Assembly: GCA_965228895.1 (NCBI GenBank)
Contig: OZ245842.1
Span: 800,001-864,000, forward strand
DNA from: Alphaproteobacteria bacterium
GTDB lineage: Bacteria > Pseudomonadota > Alphaproteobacteria > SP197
DNA: 64,000 bases
Direction: 5' to 3'
Part shown: in pieces, positions 36,894-49,722 of the stretch
Layout: each line of letters begins with the position of its first letter
How positions within the stretch are numbered: the stretch's first letter is position 1
Program-made: the position numbers and the translations under genes
Notes under the pieces: model-generated
Seen by the model: only the letters and a program-made list of their open reading frames with translations
The model's database searches: none
What the model was told of the DNA's origin: nothing

Positions 36894-37870
36894 TCAGATG
36901 GTTCCGTCTCGTTGAGGGCCGGCACGTCATCGCTGGCATAGAGGGGAATGTTCTCGAATCCGATTAGCCGCTCTTCGACTTGTTCAAAAGCCTCTTTCTT
37001 TGTCCGGTCACCTGGAATGTCGTCAATGGGGAATGTCTCTGGGTCAGAAACCCATTCGTCGGCCTCAAGATGCTCGAAGTACTGCTTGACCCGTCCTTGA
37101 CCTTCGCGATGTGCTGCTGCGAGCAGTCCGGCCTCGGTCACTTCGAACGTAACGTCTCCTGCTTCGATCTCTTGTCCGACATATCGCGTCAATCCGTCCC
37201 CTTCAACGTAACCCCACATCTTTGTCAGATATGCCGCGAAGGCGAGGTTCTGAAGTTCGGGGTCTTGGAGAAACTCGTCGCCATCAGGGAAGGGGTGGCC
37301 GTGCCACTGCTCGTCGGCGGTCATGAGCCCGATGTCGAACAACGATCTCGGTAGAAGTTGATATCGTCCTGCGGCGCGTGACGAAGGATTCACCAAGTGC
37401 CATCTGTCGAACGACTTTTCGAAGATGTCGATGGTATCAGCGAACTCGCGCGAAACCGGGAAGAGTTCGTCGGCGCTCCAAATCTCGTTGATCTGCAGTT
37501 TCTGCGGTGTCGGCTTCGTTTGAGGAATGGGTGGTTCTATGTCGGTAGCCGCCTGCTCCGGCTTTCTTGCCGGAATCGGCGGTGTCGCCGCCGCATCGGC
37601 ATCCGCCCTCGCCGCGCGCCGCGTCGTCGCATCCGAGGTCGGAAAGATCCGCCGCGCCTGTCTGGCGAGCGGCGTTTCGCTGTCCGACGCGGCCTCGCGC
37701 TTCAGTTCGTCGGCGAAGGCGAACGCGATGTGTTCGCGCGATCCCATCGGGAACGGGTTGGCCTCGCCGCTGGCGACCATCCGGGTGATGGCGCCGGCGT
37801 CGGCGGCGATGGGGTTACGCGTGGTCTCGGTTTTGCGGTGTTGGCGTCGTGATGTCCGGCGTCGATTCAT
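36890..37870 (-). CDS. Lysozyme-like (lytic transglycosylase/muramidase fold) protein, putative toxin
   Basis: FEKS (candidate catalytic Glu), VNPSSRAAGRYQL, EFLQDPELQ, TEAGLLAAAH.EG.G; Pro-rich linker; no signal peptide. Confidence 0.72.
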   Translation of the reverse strand: MNRRRTSRRQHRKTETTRNPIAADAGAITRMVASGEANPFPMGSREHIAFAFADELKREAASDSETPLARQARRIFPTSDATTRRAARADADAAATPPIPARKPEQAATDIEPPIPQTKPTPQKLQINEIWSADELFPVSREFADTIDIFEKSFDRWHLVNPSSRAAGRYQLLPRSLFDIGLMTADEQWHGHPFPDGDEFLQDPELQNLAFAAYLTKMWGYVEGDGLTRYVGQEIEAGDVTFEVTEAGLLAAAHREGQGRVKQYFEHLEADEWVSDPETFPIDDIPGDRTKKEAFEQVEERLIGFENIPLYASDDVPALNETEPSE

Positions 37871-37916
37871 GATCGTGGGAACTCCCAGCTAAGGTTGGTT
37901 CCACCTCCCGTCCGTG

Positions 37917-37946
37917 AAACGTAGCACGAACAAACTGCGCAACCAA
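37917..37946 (-). promoter_or_regulatory. Putative sigma70 promoter of the toxin cassette with degenerate LexA-like box
   Basis: Minus strand TTGGTT, 17-nt spacer, (GC)TACGTT; GTTC-N7-GTTT overlaps the -10. Confidence 0.35.
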
Positions 37947-38152
37947 GGGTTTAATGTCTTGCCTTGAATTCGCCTGAATTCAGAGTTCGAGCGGCAACAC
38001 CCGCGGGCGCTGCGCTTGGGCCCGGTCAGCTATGCTGCAGTGCAAGAATCCCCTTGCGAATCGGCATGGGTGCTGGTTGTTTAGCGCCGACAGCCGCAGC
38101 TTCCCCAATTCAGCGTTGCGGGCCCCTTGAGGGGACCCGGAGGAGACCACCC

Positions 38153-40634
<2,482 letters not shown>

Positions 40635-40646
40635 AAAGACCGAACC

Positions 40647-41117
40647 ATGACCCGCCTCGCGACTGTCTTTGCACTCATGTTGGTTTGGACGCCATCGGTC
40701 CAAGCCGATGAACCCGAGCGCGGCACGGCGGAGGAGGCGCAGGCGATGGTGGAACGCGCCATCGCGCTCTACGACCAGGCCGGCATGGGTGATGCGTTTC
40801 GCCAGATCACCTTGTCGCCGGACCCCGGCTTTCGCGACCGCGACCTCTATCTCTTCGTCATCGATCAGGCCGGTTTCATGGCCGCCCACGCGCTCTATCC
40901 TGAGAGTGTTGGGACCAACGGCATCAACGCCGTGGATTCAGCGGGCACACGTTATGTCCGCGACATCGTCACGCATGCCAGTCCGGAAGGCGCCTGGGTC
41001 GACTATGTGTTCATCGATCCGTTGACCGGCGTTCCCGCGCCAAAGTCGACCTGGGTCGTCCTTCACGACAGGTTCATTTTTGCCTGCGGCATCTATGCCG
41101 GGGAGGTTGGGATATGA
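40647..41117 (+). CDS. Stand-alone secreted single-Cache domain protein A
   Basis: Signal peptide; GT..EA..MV..A, DLYLFV, AAH, WVDY, PK, GIY. Confidence 0.82.
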   Translation: MTRLATVFALMLVWTPSVQADEPERGTAEEAQAMVERAIALYDQAGMGDAFRQITLSPDPGFRDRDLYLFVIDQAGFMAAHALYPESVGTNGINAVDSAGTRYVRDIVTHASPEGAWVDYVFIDPLTGVPAPKSTWVVLHDRFIFACGIYAGEVGI

Positions 41118-41581
41118 CGTATGGAGCCCTTAGCGGACTCGTGCTTTGCCTCCTGATTGGGAGCACCGCTACCGCTGCGGCCGACGATAACCAGCGCGGT
41201 ACGGCCCGTGATGCCCAGGACATGGTTGAGCACGGCATCCTACTGTTCGAGGACGAGGGCGCAGCCAACGCCTTTGCCGCCATCAACTTGGGGACGCCCC
41301 AGTTCCGACATCACGACCTCTACCTCTTTGTGCTCGATGCGCAGGACGGCCTTGTCGTGGCCGACGCGCTGCACCCTGATCGGGTCGGCGTCGACGCGCT
41401 GGCGTTGAAGGACGTCAACGGGACGACCTTCGGACGCAACATGATCGAACAAGCGACCAAGCACGGTGTGTGGGTAGACTACGCGTTCGAAAATCCGATG
41501 ACGGGTCAGGTCGAGCCGAAATCAAGCTGGGTCGTTCTCCACGACGGCTACGTGTTCGGCTGCGGTATCTACAACCCCTGA
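41114..41581 (+). CDS. Stand-alone secreted single-Cache domain protein B
   Basis: Paralogue of A (DLYLFV, KD.NG, WVDY, EPKSSW, CGIY); ATGA overlap with A. Confidence 0.82.
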   Translation: MTYGALSGLVLCLLIGSTATAAADDNQRGTARDAQDMVEHGILLFEDEGAANAFAAINLGTPQFRHHDLYLFVLDAQDGLVVADALHPDRVGVDALALKDVNGTTFGRNMIEQATKHGVWVDYAFENPMTGQVEPKSSWVVLHDGYVFGCGIYNP

Positions 41582-41713
41582 CGTTCGGCAAGTTGGCATC
41601 ACATCGACTTGATGAACGGCTGTGATGATGATCACCATCAAGTAAATCCGCGAAACTTAATCCAGAAAGCCCGTATCGATGCCACTGATGACTGTTGTCA
41701 TGGGAATCCGTGA

Positions 41714-41732
41714 TGTTAAAGTGCCTTTAACA
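41714..41732. promoter_or_regulatory. Palindrome matching the CtrA consensus upstream of sucC
   Basis: TGTTAAAG-TGC-CTTTAACA, containing TTAA-N7-TTAAC (41716-31). Confidence 0.45.
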
Positions 41733-41779
41733 CGCCAACAGCCGGCTGTTTCGATGATTATTGCCCCCAGGGCGCCCCA

Positions 41780-42946
41780 ATGAATTTGCATGAGTTCCAG
41801 GCCAAGGAGGTCTTGGCCGCGTACGGGGTTGCGATCCCGCACGGCAAGGTGGCGCGCAGCGGTGACGAAGCCGAACAGGCGGCGCAGGAATTAGGCGGCG
41901 ACCTCTGGGTCGTCAAAGCCCAGGTCCACGCCGGCGGGCGCGGCAAGGCAGGTGGTATCAAGGTCTGCCGGACCGGTGACGAGGTCCGCCAGGCCGCCGA
42001 CGCGCTGATCGGCACCAGCCTCAAGACCCATCAGACGGGACCCGAAGGCAAGCCAATCCATTCCGTCTATGTTGAAGAAGGCTCGTCGATTGCGCGCGAG
42101 CTTTATCTGGCGATGTTGGTTGACCGTGGCGCCGGCCGCATCGCGGTGATTGCCTCGACAGAAGGCGGCATGGATATCGAGGAGGTCGCAGCCAAGACCC
42201 CGGAAAAGATCCTGACGATCACGATCGATCCGGCGACCGGCTTGCAGGCCCATCATGGCCGGCGCATCGCGTTCGCACTGGGACTCGAAGGCGACCAGGT
42301 GAAGAAGGCAGGAAAGTTTGTTGCCGGTCTTTACAAAGCGCTCAACGAAACCGATGCGAGCCTATTGGAAATCAATCCGCTGGTCGTGACCGAGGACGGT
42401 GACCTTCTGGCGCTGGACTGCAAGTACAACCTGGACGACAACGCGCTCTTCCGCCACGCCGACCTCGCTGCCATGCGCGATGACGCGCAGGAGGATCCGA
42501 CTGAGCTGGAAGCAGCCGAAGTCGGCCTCAACTACGTCAAGCTGGACGGCAATATCGGTTGCATGGTGAACGGTGCCGGGCTTGCGATGGCGACCATGGA
42601 TATCTGCAAGCTGGCTGGTGGCGAACCGGCGAACTTTCTGGACGTCGGTGGCGGCGCGACCAAGGAACAGGTTGCCAGCGCCTTCAAGATCATCGTCTCC
42701 GACCCCAATGTGAAGGCCATTCTGGTGAACATCTTCGGCGGCATCATGCGCTGTGATGTCATCGCCGACGGCATTGTCGCGGCGGCCAAGGAACTGAACC
42801 TTGAGGTTCCCGTTGTCGTTCGGCTGGAAGGCACCAATGTCGACCAGGGCAAGGCGATCCTGGATCAATCGGGCCTGCAGATTACCTCGGCCGACGATCT
42901 GTCGGATGCCGCCGCCAAGGCGGTCGCCGCGATTGGAGCCGCCTGA
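41780..42946 (+). CDS. sucC: Succinyl-CoA synthetase beta subunit
   Basis: [42 protein letters not shown]. Confidence 0.98.
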   Translation: MNLHEFQAKEVLAAYGVAIPHGKVARSGDEAEQAAQELGGDLWVVKAQVHAGGRGKAGGIKVCRTGDEVRQAADALIGTSLKTHQTGPEGKPIHSVYVEEGSSIARELYLAMLVDRGAGRIAVIASTEGGMDIEEVAAKTPEKILTITIDPATGLQAHHGRRIAFALGLEGDQVKKAGKFVAGLYKALNETDASLLEINPLVVTEDGDLLALDCKYNLDDNALFRHADLAAMRDDAQEDPTELEAAEVGLNYVKLDGNIGCMVNGAGLAMATMDICKLAGGEPANFLDVGGGATKEQVASAFKIIVSDPNVKAILVNIFGGIMRCDVIADGIVAAAKELNLEVPVVVRLEGTNVDQGKAILDQSGLQITSADDLSDAAAKAVAAIGAA

Positions 42947-43821
42947 TGGCCGTCCTCGTCGATAACAACACCAAGCTGCTGGTCCAGGGTTTCACAGGCA
43001 AGACGGCGACCTTCCACACCGAACAGGCGATTGCCTACGGCACCGACGTGGTCGGCGGTGTAACGCCGGGCAAGGGCGGTGGCATGCACCTGGATCTGCC
43101 GATCTTCGATACGGTGCAGGACTGCGTCGACAAGACCGGCGCGAATGCCTCCGTCATCTATGTGCCGCCTCCATTCGCGGCCGACGCCATCCTGGAATCC
43201 ATCGATGCGGGCGTGCCGCTGGTGGTCGCCATCACCGAGGGCATTCCGGTGCTCGACATGGTGCGGGTCAAACGCGCGCTTGACGGTTCTTCGACACGGT
43301 TGATCGGGCCCAATTGCCCGGGCGTCATTACGCCGGGTGAGTGCAAGATCGGCATCATGCCCGGCCACATCCACATGCGCGGCAAGATCGGTATTGTTTC
43401 GCGCTCGGGAACGCTTACCTATGAAGGCGTGCACCAGACGACCGCCGCCGGCCTCGGTCAAACGACCTGTATCGGCATAGGCGGCGACCCGGTCAACGGC
43501 ACTGACTTCATCGACTGCCTGGAAATGTTCCTGGCCGACGATGAGACCGAAGGCATCATTATGATTGGCGAGATCGGCGGCAGCGCCGAGGAAGACGCCG
43601 CGGACTTTATCAAGCACGAAAAACGCAAAAAACCGATTACAGGCTTCATTGCCGGTGTCACCGCGCCGCCAGGCCGCCGTATGGGCCATGCCGGCGCGAT
43701 CGTCTCCGGCGGCAAGGGTAAGGCCGAAGATAAAATAGCGGCCATGCAGGGCGCCGGTTTCCACATTGCGGATTCACCGGCCAGCCTGGGCACGACCATG
43801 CTGAAAGCCATGGGGGGATAA
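42946..43821 (+). CDS. sucD: Succinyl-CoA synthetase alpha subunit
   Basis: [26 protein letters not shown]. Confidence 0.98.
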   Translation: MAVLVDNNTKLLVQGFTGKTATFHTEQAIAYGTDVVGGVTPGKGGGMHLDLPIFDTVQDCVDKTGANASVIYVPPPFAADAILESIDAGVPLVVAITEGIPVLDMVRVKRALDGSSTRLIGPNCPGVITPGECKIGIMPGHIHMRGKIGIVSRSGTLTYEGVHQTTAAGLGQTTCIGIGGDPVNGTDFIDCLEMFLADDETEGIIMIGEIGGSAEEDAADFIKHEKRKKPITGFIAGVTAPPGRRMGHAGAIVSGGKGKAEDKIAAMQGAGFHIADSPASLGTTMLKAMGG

Positions 43822-43866
43822 CGTCGAATGCAACTACGGACGCCTGGAGCGCCGAGGTAAAGGTCC

Positions 43867-46782
43867 ATGGGACAAACCGCCGACCAACTATCCTTTCTCT
43901 ACGGAACCAACAGCAGCTACATCGAAGAGCTGTACGCTCGCTACCTGAACGACCCCAACGCGGTCGACGAGAGCTGGCGGTCGTTTTTCGCCGAACTCAA
44001 CGATGACGAACGATCGGTGCTGGACGAACTTCAGCCGAGCCGCGATGCGCGCAAGATCGCCGATATCGAGTATGGCGATGACCACGATGAATGCCAGGCA
44101 GCACCGCAACCGCAACGGGGCGGTAATGGCGCAGCGGCCGTTCCGTCATGGGCGCCGGCGCCTGTAACCACCGATCCGGGCGTCTCCCACTATGCGGTCG
44201 CGCGCGACAGTATTCGTATCTTGATGATGATCCGCGCCTATCGTGTGCGCGGCCACCTGGCCGCCAACCTCGATCCGCTGGGTCTGGAAGGCGAGCGTCA
44301 TCACCCTGAGCTTGATCCCAAGAGCTACGGCTTTACCGATGACGATCTCGATCGTGAGTTCTTCGTCGACGGTGTGCTGGGTTTCCAGACGGCGACCTTG
44401 CGCGAAATTCTCAATGCGGTGCGCGAGACCTATTGCGGCACCATCGGCGTCGAGTTCATGCATATCCAGAGCCCGCAGGAAAAGGCCTGGATTCAGCGCA
44501 AGTTCGAGGGATCGAGAAGCCGGCCCGAACTGAGCGCCGAGGTCAAGCAGCGGACTCTCAACGAGCTCTATCACTCCGAGGGTTTCGAGAAGTTTCTCAG
44601 TATCAAGTATCCGGGCGCCAAGCGCTTTTCGCTGGAGGGCGCGGAAAGCACGATCCCGGCGATGGAAGCGATCATCCACACCGCCGCCAATCTTGGCGTC
44701 GACGATGTGGTGCTCGGCATGCCCCATCGCGGCCGCCTGAACGTTCTGACCACGGTCATGCGCAAGTCCTACATGGCGGTGTTCTCGGAGTTCCAGGGCG
44801 AGGCCGGCCATCCCGACGCGGTGCAGGGTTCGGGCGACGTCAAGTATCACCTCGGTACCTCGGCTGACCGCGAGCTTGAGAACGGCCGTATGGTGCATTT
44901 GAGCCTGACCGCCAACCCGTCGCATTTGGAGGCGGTCAACCCGGTGGTCGAGGGCAAGGTGCGCGCGAAACAGACGCTCCGTCCGCTCGAAGAACGCAAA
45001 TGCGTCCTGGGTATCCTGCTGCATGGCGACGCCTCGTTTGCCGGGCAGGGCTTGGTTGCCGAGACACTCGGCATGTCGGAGCTGCGCGGCTATCGGACCG
45101 GTGGCACGATCCATATCATCGTGAACAACCAGATCGGTTTTACGACCAGCCCCAGCTTCTCGCGGTCGTCACCCTATCCCTCTGATGTCGCCAAGATGGT
45201 GGCGGCGCCTATCTTCCATGTGAACGGCGATGATCCCGAAGCCGTCATCCATGTTGCGAAACTCGCTGCCGAGTTTCGTCAGGAATTCGGCCGTGATGTC
45301 GTGATCGACATCTTCTGCTATCGCCGCCATGGCCATAACGAGGGCGACGAGCCGGCGTTCACCCAACCGATCATGTACCGCACCATTGCTCAGCACCCGA
45401 CGACCCGTCAGCTTTATACCGAGCGACTGATCACCGAAGGCGCGATGACCGCCAAGCAGGCCGATCAGATGATCCAGGACTTCAACAAGCAGTTGGAGGA
45501 GGATCTGGAGGGGTCCAAGAGCTACAAACCCAACAAGGTCGACTGGCTCGAAGGCGCGTGGTCGGGCATGGAAGTGGCCGAGCGTGACGGTGCACGCCGC
45601 GGCAACACCGCGGTCAAGAAGGAGGAGTTGACGACGGTCGGCATGGCGATCTCGACGCCGCCGGAAGACTTCAACACCAATCGCAAACTGCTACGCATCA
45701 TGGGCCAGCGCCAGAAGATGATCGAGACCGGCGAGGGCATCGATTGGGCTATGGCCGAGGCGCTTGCCTTCGGCACCTTGCTCTATGAAGGCGCCAGTGT
45801 CCGTCTGTCCGGCCAAGACTGCGGGCGCGGCACGTTCAGTCAGCGCCATTCCGTGCTGATCGATCAGATTAACGAGGAGCGCTACATCCCGCTCAACCAC
45901 ATCAGCGACGATCAGGGCCGCTATGAGGTGATCGACAGCATGTTGTCGGAGGCGGGCATCTTGGGTTTCGAGTACGGCTACAGCCTGACCGATCCGAAGT
46001 GCCTGGTGTTGTGGGAGGCGCAGTTCGGCGATTTCTCGAACGGCGCCCAAGTCATCATTGATCAGTTCCTGGCCGCAGGCGAAAGCAAGTGGTTCCGCAT
46101 GTCAGGCCTGGTCATGCTGCTGCCCCACGGTTACGAAGGCCAGGGCCCCGAGCACAGCTCGGCGCGACCGGAACGCTATCTGCAGCTTGCCGCTGAGGAC
46201 AATCTTCAGATTGTCAACTGCACGACGCCGGCGTCCTACTTCCATGTGCTGCGGCGCCAGATGAAACGGAACTTCCGCAAGCCGCTGATCGTCATGACGC
46301 CGAAGTCGTTGTTACGGCACAAGCGTTGCGTTTCGTCGATCGAAGACTTCACGGGCGATACCCAGTTCCACCGCACCCTGTGGGAGCTGGATGACGCGAA
46401 ACGCGGCAAGGACATGAAGCGTGTCGTCATGTGCACGGGCAAGGTCTACTACGACCTCTTGGAGAAACGTGAGGAACTCGGCCTTGACGACGTCACCTTC
46501 ATTCGCCTGGAACAATTGGCGCCGTTCCCGATTGGCGCACTGAAGGAGGCCGTTGACTACTATCCGAACGCGCAGTTCATCTGGTGTCAGGAGGAACCAC
46601 GCAATATGGGCGCGTGGACTTATGTTTCCGACCAGATCGAACAGGAAATGGATGCCCACAAGTCGACCGCCAAGTACCCGCGCTATGTCGGGCGTCCCGA
46701 TGCTGCATCGCCGGCTACCGGTTTCATCAAGGTACACCAGCGCGAACAGGAAGCGCTCGTTATGGAAGCGCTGACCGGATGA
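43867..46782 (+). CDS. sucA: 2-oxoglutarate dehydrogenase E1
   Basis: [47 protein letters not shown]. Confidence 0.99.
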   Translation: MGQTADQLSFLYGTNSSYIEELYARYLNDPNAVDESWRSFFAELNDDERSVLDELQPSRDARKIADIEYGDDHDECQAAPQPQRGGNGAAAVPSWAPAPVTTDPGVSHYAVARDSIRILMMIRAYRVRGHLAANLDPLGLEGERHHPELDPKSYGFTDDDLDREFFVDGVLGFQTATLREILNAVRETYCGTIGVEFMHIQSPQEKAWIQRKFEGSRSRPELSAEVKQRTLNELYHSEGFEKFLSIKYPGAKRFSLEGAESTIPAMEAIIHTAANLGVDDVVLGMPHRGRLNVLTTVMRKSYMAVFSEFQGEAGHPDAVQGSGDVKYHLGTSADRELENGRMVHLSLTANPSHLEAVNPVVEGKVRAKQTLRPLEERKCVLGILLHGDASFAGQGLVAETLGMSELRGYRTGGTIHIIVNNQIGFTTSPSFSRSSPYPSDVAKMVAAPIFHVNGDDPEAVIHVAKLAAEFRQEFGRDVVIDIFCYRRHGHNEGDEPAFTQPIMYRTIAQHPTTRQLYTERLITEGAMTAKQADQMIQDFNKQLEEDLEGSKSYKPNKVDWLEGAWSGMEVAERDGARRGNTAVKKEELTTVGMAISTPPEDFNTNRKLLRIMGQRQKMIETGEGIDWAMAEALAFGTLLYEGASVRLSGQDCGRGTFSQRHSVLIDQINEERYIPLNHISDDQGRYEVIDSMLSEAGILGFEYGYSLTDPKCLVLWEAQFGDFSNGAQVIIDQFLAAGESKWFRMSGLVMLLPHGYEGQGPEHSSARPERYLQLAAEDNLQIVNCTTPASYFHVLRRQMKRNFRKPLIVMTPKSLLRHKRCVSSIEDFTGDTQFHRTLWELDDAKRGKDMKRVVMCTGKVYYDLLEKREELGLDDVTFIRLEQLAPFPIGALKEAVDYYPNAQFIWCQEEPRNMGAWTYVSDQIEQEMDAHKSTAKYPRYVGRPDAASPATGFIKVHQREQEALVMEALTG

Positions 46783-46819
46783 CGGTGGGCGTCCGCTTTA
46801 TCGCCAGAGGACAGGCACG

Positions 46820-48121
46820 ATGACAGTCGACATCACGGTTCCACAGCTTGGTGAGTCGGTGACGGAGGCGACGGTCGCCAACTGGTTCAAGAAGCAGGGT
46901 GACGCCGTCAAGATGGACGAAGCCTTGGTGGAATTGGAGACCGACAAGGTCACCATGGAGGTCTATGCGCCGGCCGACGGCGTGCTGGCCGAAGTCGTTG
47001 CCGATGAAGGCGCCGATGTCGAGGTGGGTGCTTTGTTGGCGCGACTCAACGAGGGTGCGGCAGGTGCCGCGTCAGCAGAAGAAGCGCCGGCTGACGCGCC
47101 TGCTGCGGAGGAGCCTGCCGCCGCGCCAGCCGCGGCCGAACCGGCGGTTGAGGAGAGCAAGGCCAATGGCGCCGACCTGCCGTTGTCACCGGCGGTCAGC
47201 AAGCTGATCGAAGAGAACAACCTTGATCCCAGCGCCATAAAGGGTACCGGCAAGGACGGTCGCCTGCTGAAAGGCGATGTGCTGGCGTTCATGGAGACCA
47301 AGGAAAGCGCGCCGGCAACGGCGCCGAAGGCCGATGAAGCAGCGCCTGCGGCAGCCGCGCCGGCAGCCGCCGCACCGCAAAAGACGAAGACGGTCGTACC
47401 GCCGACGCCGGCTGACCCCGAAGGCCGGGAAAAGCGCGTCAAGATGACGCGGCTGCGCCGCAGCATCGCCGAGCGCCTGAAGGCTGCTCAGGACAACGCG
47501 GCCATGCTGACGACCTTTAACGAGGTCGACATGTCAGCCGTGATGGCGGCGCGCAAGGAATACCGCGACCGCTTCGAAAAGAAGCACGGCGTGCGCCTGG
47601 GCTTCATGTCGTTTTTTGTTAAAGCTGCGGTCCAGGCACTGAAGGACATTCCCGCGGTCAACGGCGAGATCGCGGGCGATGAGATCGTCTACAAATACTA
47701 CTACAATATTGGCGTTGCCGTGAGTTCGCCGCAGGGCCTGATCGTGCCGGTGCTGCGCGATGCCGACCAGATGTCGTTTGCCGGCGTCGAACAGACGATC
47801 AATGAGATGGGCCGCAAGGCGCGCGAGGGGGAGCTGACGACGAACGATTTGATCGGCGGTACGTTCACCATATCAAACGGCGGCATCTTCGGTTCCATGA
47901 TGTCGACGCCGATCCTCAATCCTCCTCAGTCGGCTATTCTGGGTATGCACAAGATCCAGGAACGCCCCATGGTGGTGGATGGTGCCATCGAAGCGCGCCC
48001 GATGATGTATCTGGCGCTGAGCTACGATCACCGCATCATCGATGGCCGCGAAGCCGTCACCTTCCTGGTGCGCATCAAAGACGCGATTGAAGATCCCCAG
48101 CGCCTGCTGCTGGACATCTGA
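46820..48121 (+). CDS. sucB: 2-oxoglutarate dehydrogenase E2 (dihydrolipoyl succinyltransferase)
   Basis: Lipoyl motif ETDKV, E3-binding [16 protein letters not shown]. Confidence 0.98.
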   Translation: MTVDITVPQLGESVTEATVANWFKKQGDAVKMDEALVELETDKVTMEVYAPADGVLAEVVADEGADVEVGALLARLNEGAAGAASAEEAPADAPAAEEPAAAPAAAEPAVEESKANGADLPLSPAVSKLIEENNLDPSAIKGTGKDGRLLKGDVLAFMETKESAPATAPKADEAAPAAAAPAAAAPQKTKTVVPPTPADPEGREKRVKMTRLRRSIAERLKAAQDNAAMLTTFNEVDMSAVMAARKEYRDRFEKKHGVRLGFMSFFVKAAVQALKDIPAVNGEIAGDEIVYKYYYNIGVAVSSPQGLIVPVLRDADQMSFAGVEQTINEMGRKAREGELTTNDLIGGTFTISNGGIFGSMMSTPILNPPQSAILGMHKIQERPMVVDGAIEARPMMYLALSYDHRIIDGREAVTFLVRIKDAIEDPQRLLLDI

Positions 48122-48298
48122 CCGACCGCAAAGCCGCCCAAACACGTGGCAATGCGCGGATTCCGCGCACAATGCCGATCATGGCCAATAACCGCTTCCG
48201 CTCTGGTCTGCCGGCAATCGCCACGTGTCGGCTCTGGTGTGGATCATGGCGCCAAGGCCGGGTATGACTCGACAGAAGACGCGGAGGGATGAAGTGCC

Positions 48299-49705
48299 AT
48301 GAGCGAACAAGAGTTCGACGTCGTTGTCGTTGGTGCCGGACCGGCTGGTTATGTCGGCGCCATTCGTTGCGCGCAGTTGGGCCTGAAGACGGCGGTGGTC
48401 GAAAAGCGCAAGACGCTAGGCGGCACATGCCTGAATGTAGGCTGCATTCCTTCCAAGGCCCTTCTGCAGTCGTCCGAGCTCTATGAGCAGACAGCCGCGC
48501 ATCTGGGACACCACGGCATTGCCGTGAAAGGCGTCGACCTTGACCTCGCGACCATGATGAAGCGCAAGGACAAGGTCGTGGATACGCTGACCAAAGGTGT
48601 CGCGGGCCTGTTCAAGAAGAACAAGATCACGACGTTCTACGGCGCGGCAAGCCTGACCGGCAAGCAGACGGTCGCGGTTGCCGATGACGGCGAAAGCCAT
48701 ACCTTGAAGGCCAAGAACATCATCATCGCGACGGGATCGGAACCGGTCAGCCTGCCGGGTATCGAGATCGACGAAGAACGCGTCGTGTCGTCGACCGGTG
48801 CGCTGGCGCTCAATCACGTGCCCAAGCACATGATCGTCATCGGCGCCGGCTACATTGGTCTGGAAATGGGCTCGGTCTGGCGGCGCCTGGGTAGCGACGT
48901 CACCGTCATCGAGTTTCTCGATCGCATCACGCCGACCATGGATGGCGATGTCGCCAAGGAGTTCCAGAAACTCCTGAAGCGCCAGGGCATGACGTTCCGT
49001 CTTGGCACCAAGGTTACCGGTGTCGAGGCAACGAAGAATGGGTTGAAGGTTCAGGTCGAACCGGCCGATGGCGGCACCGGCGAAACCGTCGAATGCGACG
49101 TGGTTCTGGTTGCCGTCGGCCGTCGCGCCTATACGGCCGGCCTTGGTCTTGAAGACGTTGGCGTTGTGCTCGACAGCCGCGGCATGGTCGAAATCGATGA
49201 TCACTTCCGGACCAATATCGATGGCATCTACGCGATCGGCGATTGTGTGCGCGGGCCCATGTTGGCGCACAAAGGCGAGGACGAAGGCGTCGCCGTCGCC
49301 GAGATCGTTGCCGGCCAGGCGGGCCACGTGAACTACAACGTCATTCCCGGCGTGGTCTATACCGACCCGGAAGCCGCCGGTGTCGGCAAGACCGAGGAAG
49401 AGCTGAAGGCCGATGGTGTCGACTACGTCGCCGGCATGTTCCCGTTCCTGGCCAACAGCCGGGCGCGTACCTATGACCAGACAGCGGGCTTCGTTAAGAT
49501 ACTTGCCGATGCCAAGACCGACCGGGTGCTTGGTGTGCACATCATCGGCGCCAACGCCGGCGAGCTGATCGCCGAGGCGGCGGTGGCGATGGAGTTCGGC
49601 GGTTCAGCCGAAGACATCGCGCGCACCTGCCATGCACACCCGACGTTCTCCGAAGCGGTCAAGGAAGCTGCCTTGGCGGTCGGCAAACGCGCTATTCACA
49701 TTTAA
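48299..49705 (+). CDS. lpdA: Dihydrolipoyl dehydrogenase
   Basis: GAGPAG, GGTCLNVGCIPSK, HAHPTFSE. Confidence 0.98.
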   Translation: MSEQEFDVVVVGAGPAGYVGAIRCAQLGLKTAVVEKRKTLGGTCLNVGCIPSKALLQSSELYEQTAAHLGHHGIAVKGVDLDLATMMKRKDKVVDTLTKGVAGLFKKNKITTFYGAASLTGKQTVAVADDGESHTLKAKNIIIATGSEPVSLPGIEIDEERVVSSTGALALNHVPKHMIVIGAGYIGLEMGSVWRRLGSDVTVIEFLDRITPTMDGDVAKEFQKLLKRQGMTFRLGTKVTGVEATKNGLKVQVEPADGGTGETVECDVVLVAVGRRAYTAGLGLEDVGVVLDSRGMVEIDDHFRTNIDGIYAIGDCVRGPMLAHKGEDEGVAVAEIVAGQAGHVNYNVIPGVVYTDPEAAGVGKTEEELKADGVDYVAGMFPFLANSRARTYDQTAGFVKILADAKTDRVLGVHIIGANAGELIAEAAVAMEFGGSAEDIARTCHAHPTFSEAVKEAALAVGKRAIHI

Positions 49706-49722
49706 TGTCTTAGGAGGCGGTC

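Noticed and set aside
37790-37870. Twin-arginine-like N-terminus (MNRRRTSRR) of the putative toxin as a Tat signal
   Set aside because: No FLK-like consensus and no hydrophobic h-region follows.
36890-37870. Lysozyme-like gene as a prophage endolysin
   Set aside because: No holin, spanin or phage structural genes nearby; it is coupled to secreted paralogues instead. A distant phage origin is not excluded.
41607-41643. TTGAT...ATCAA inverted repeat as an FNR/FixK box
   Set aside because: Spacer is 23 nt instead of 4; at most a weak hairpin after the Cache genes.
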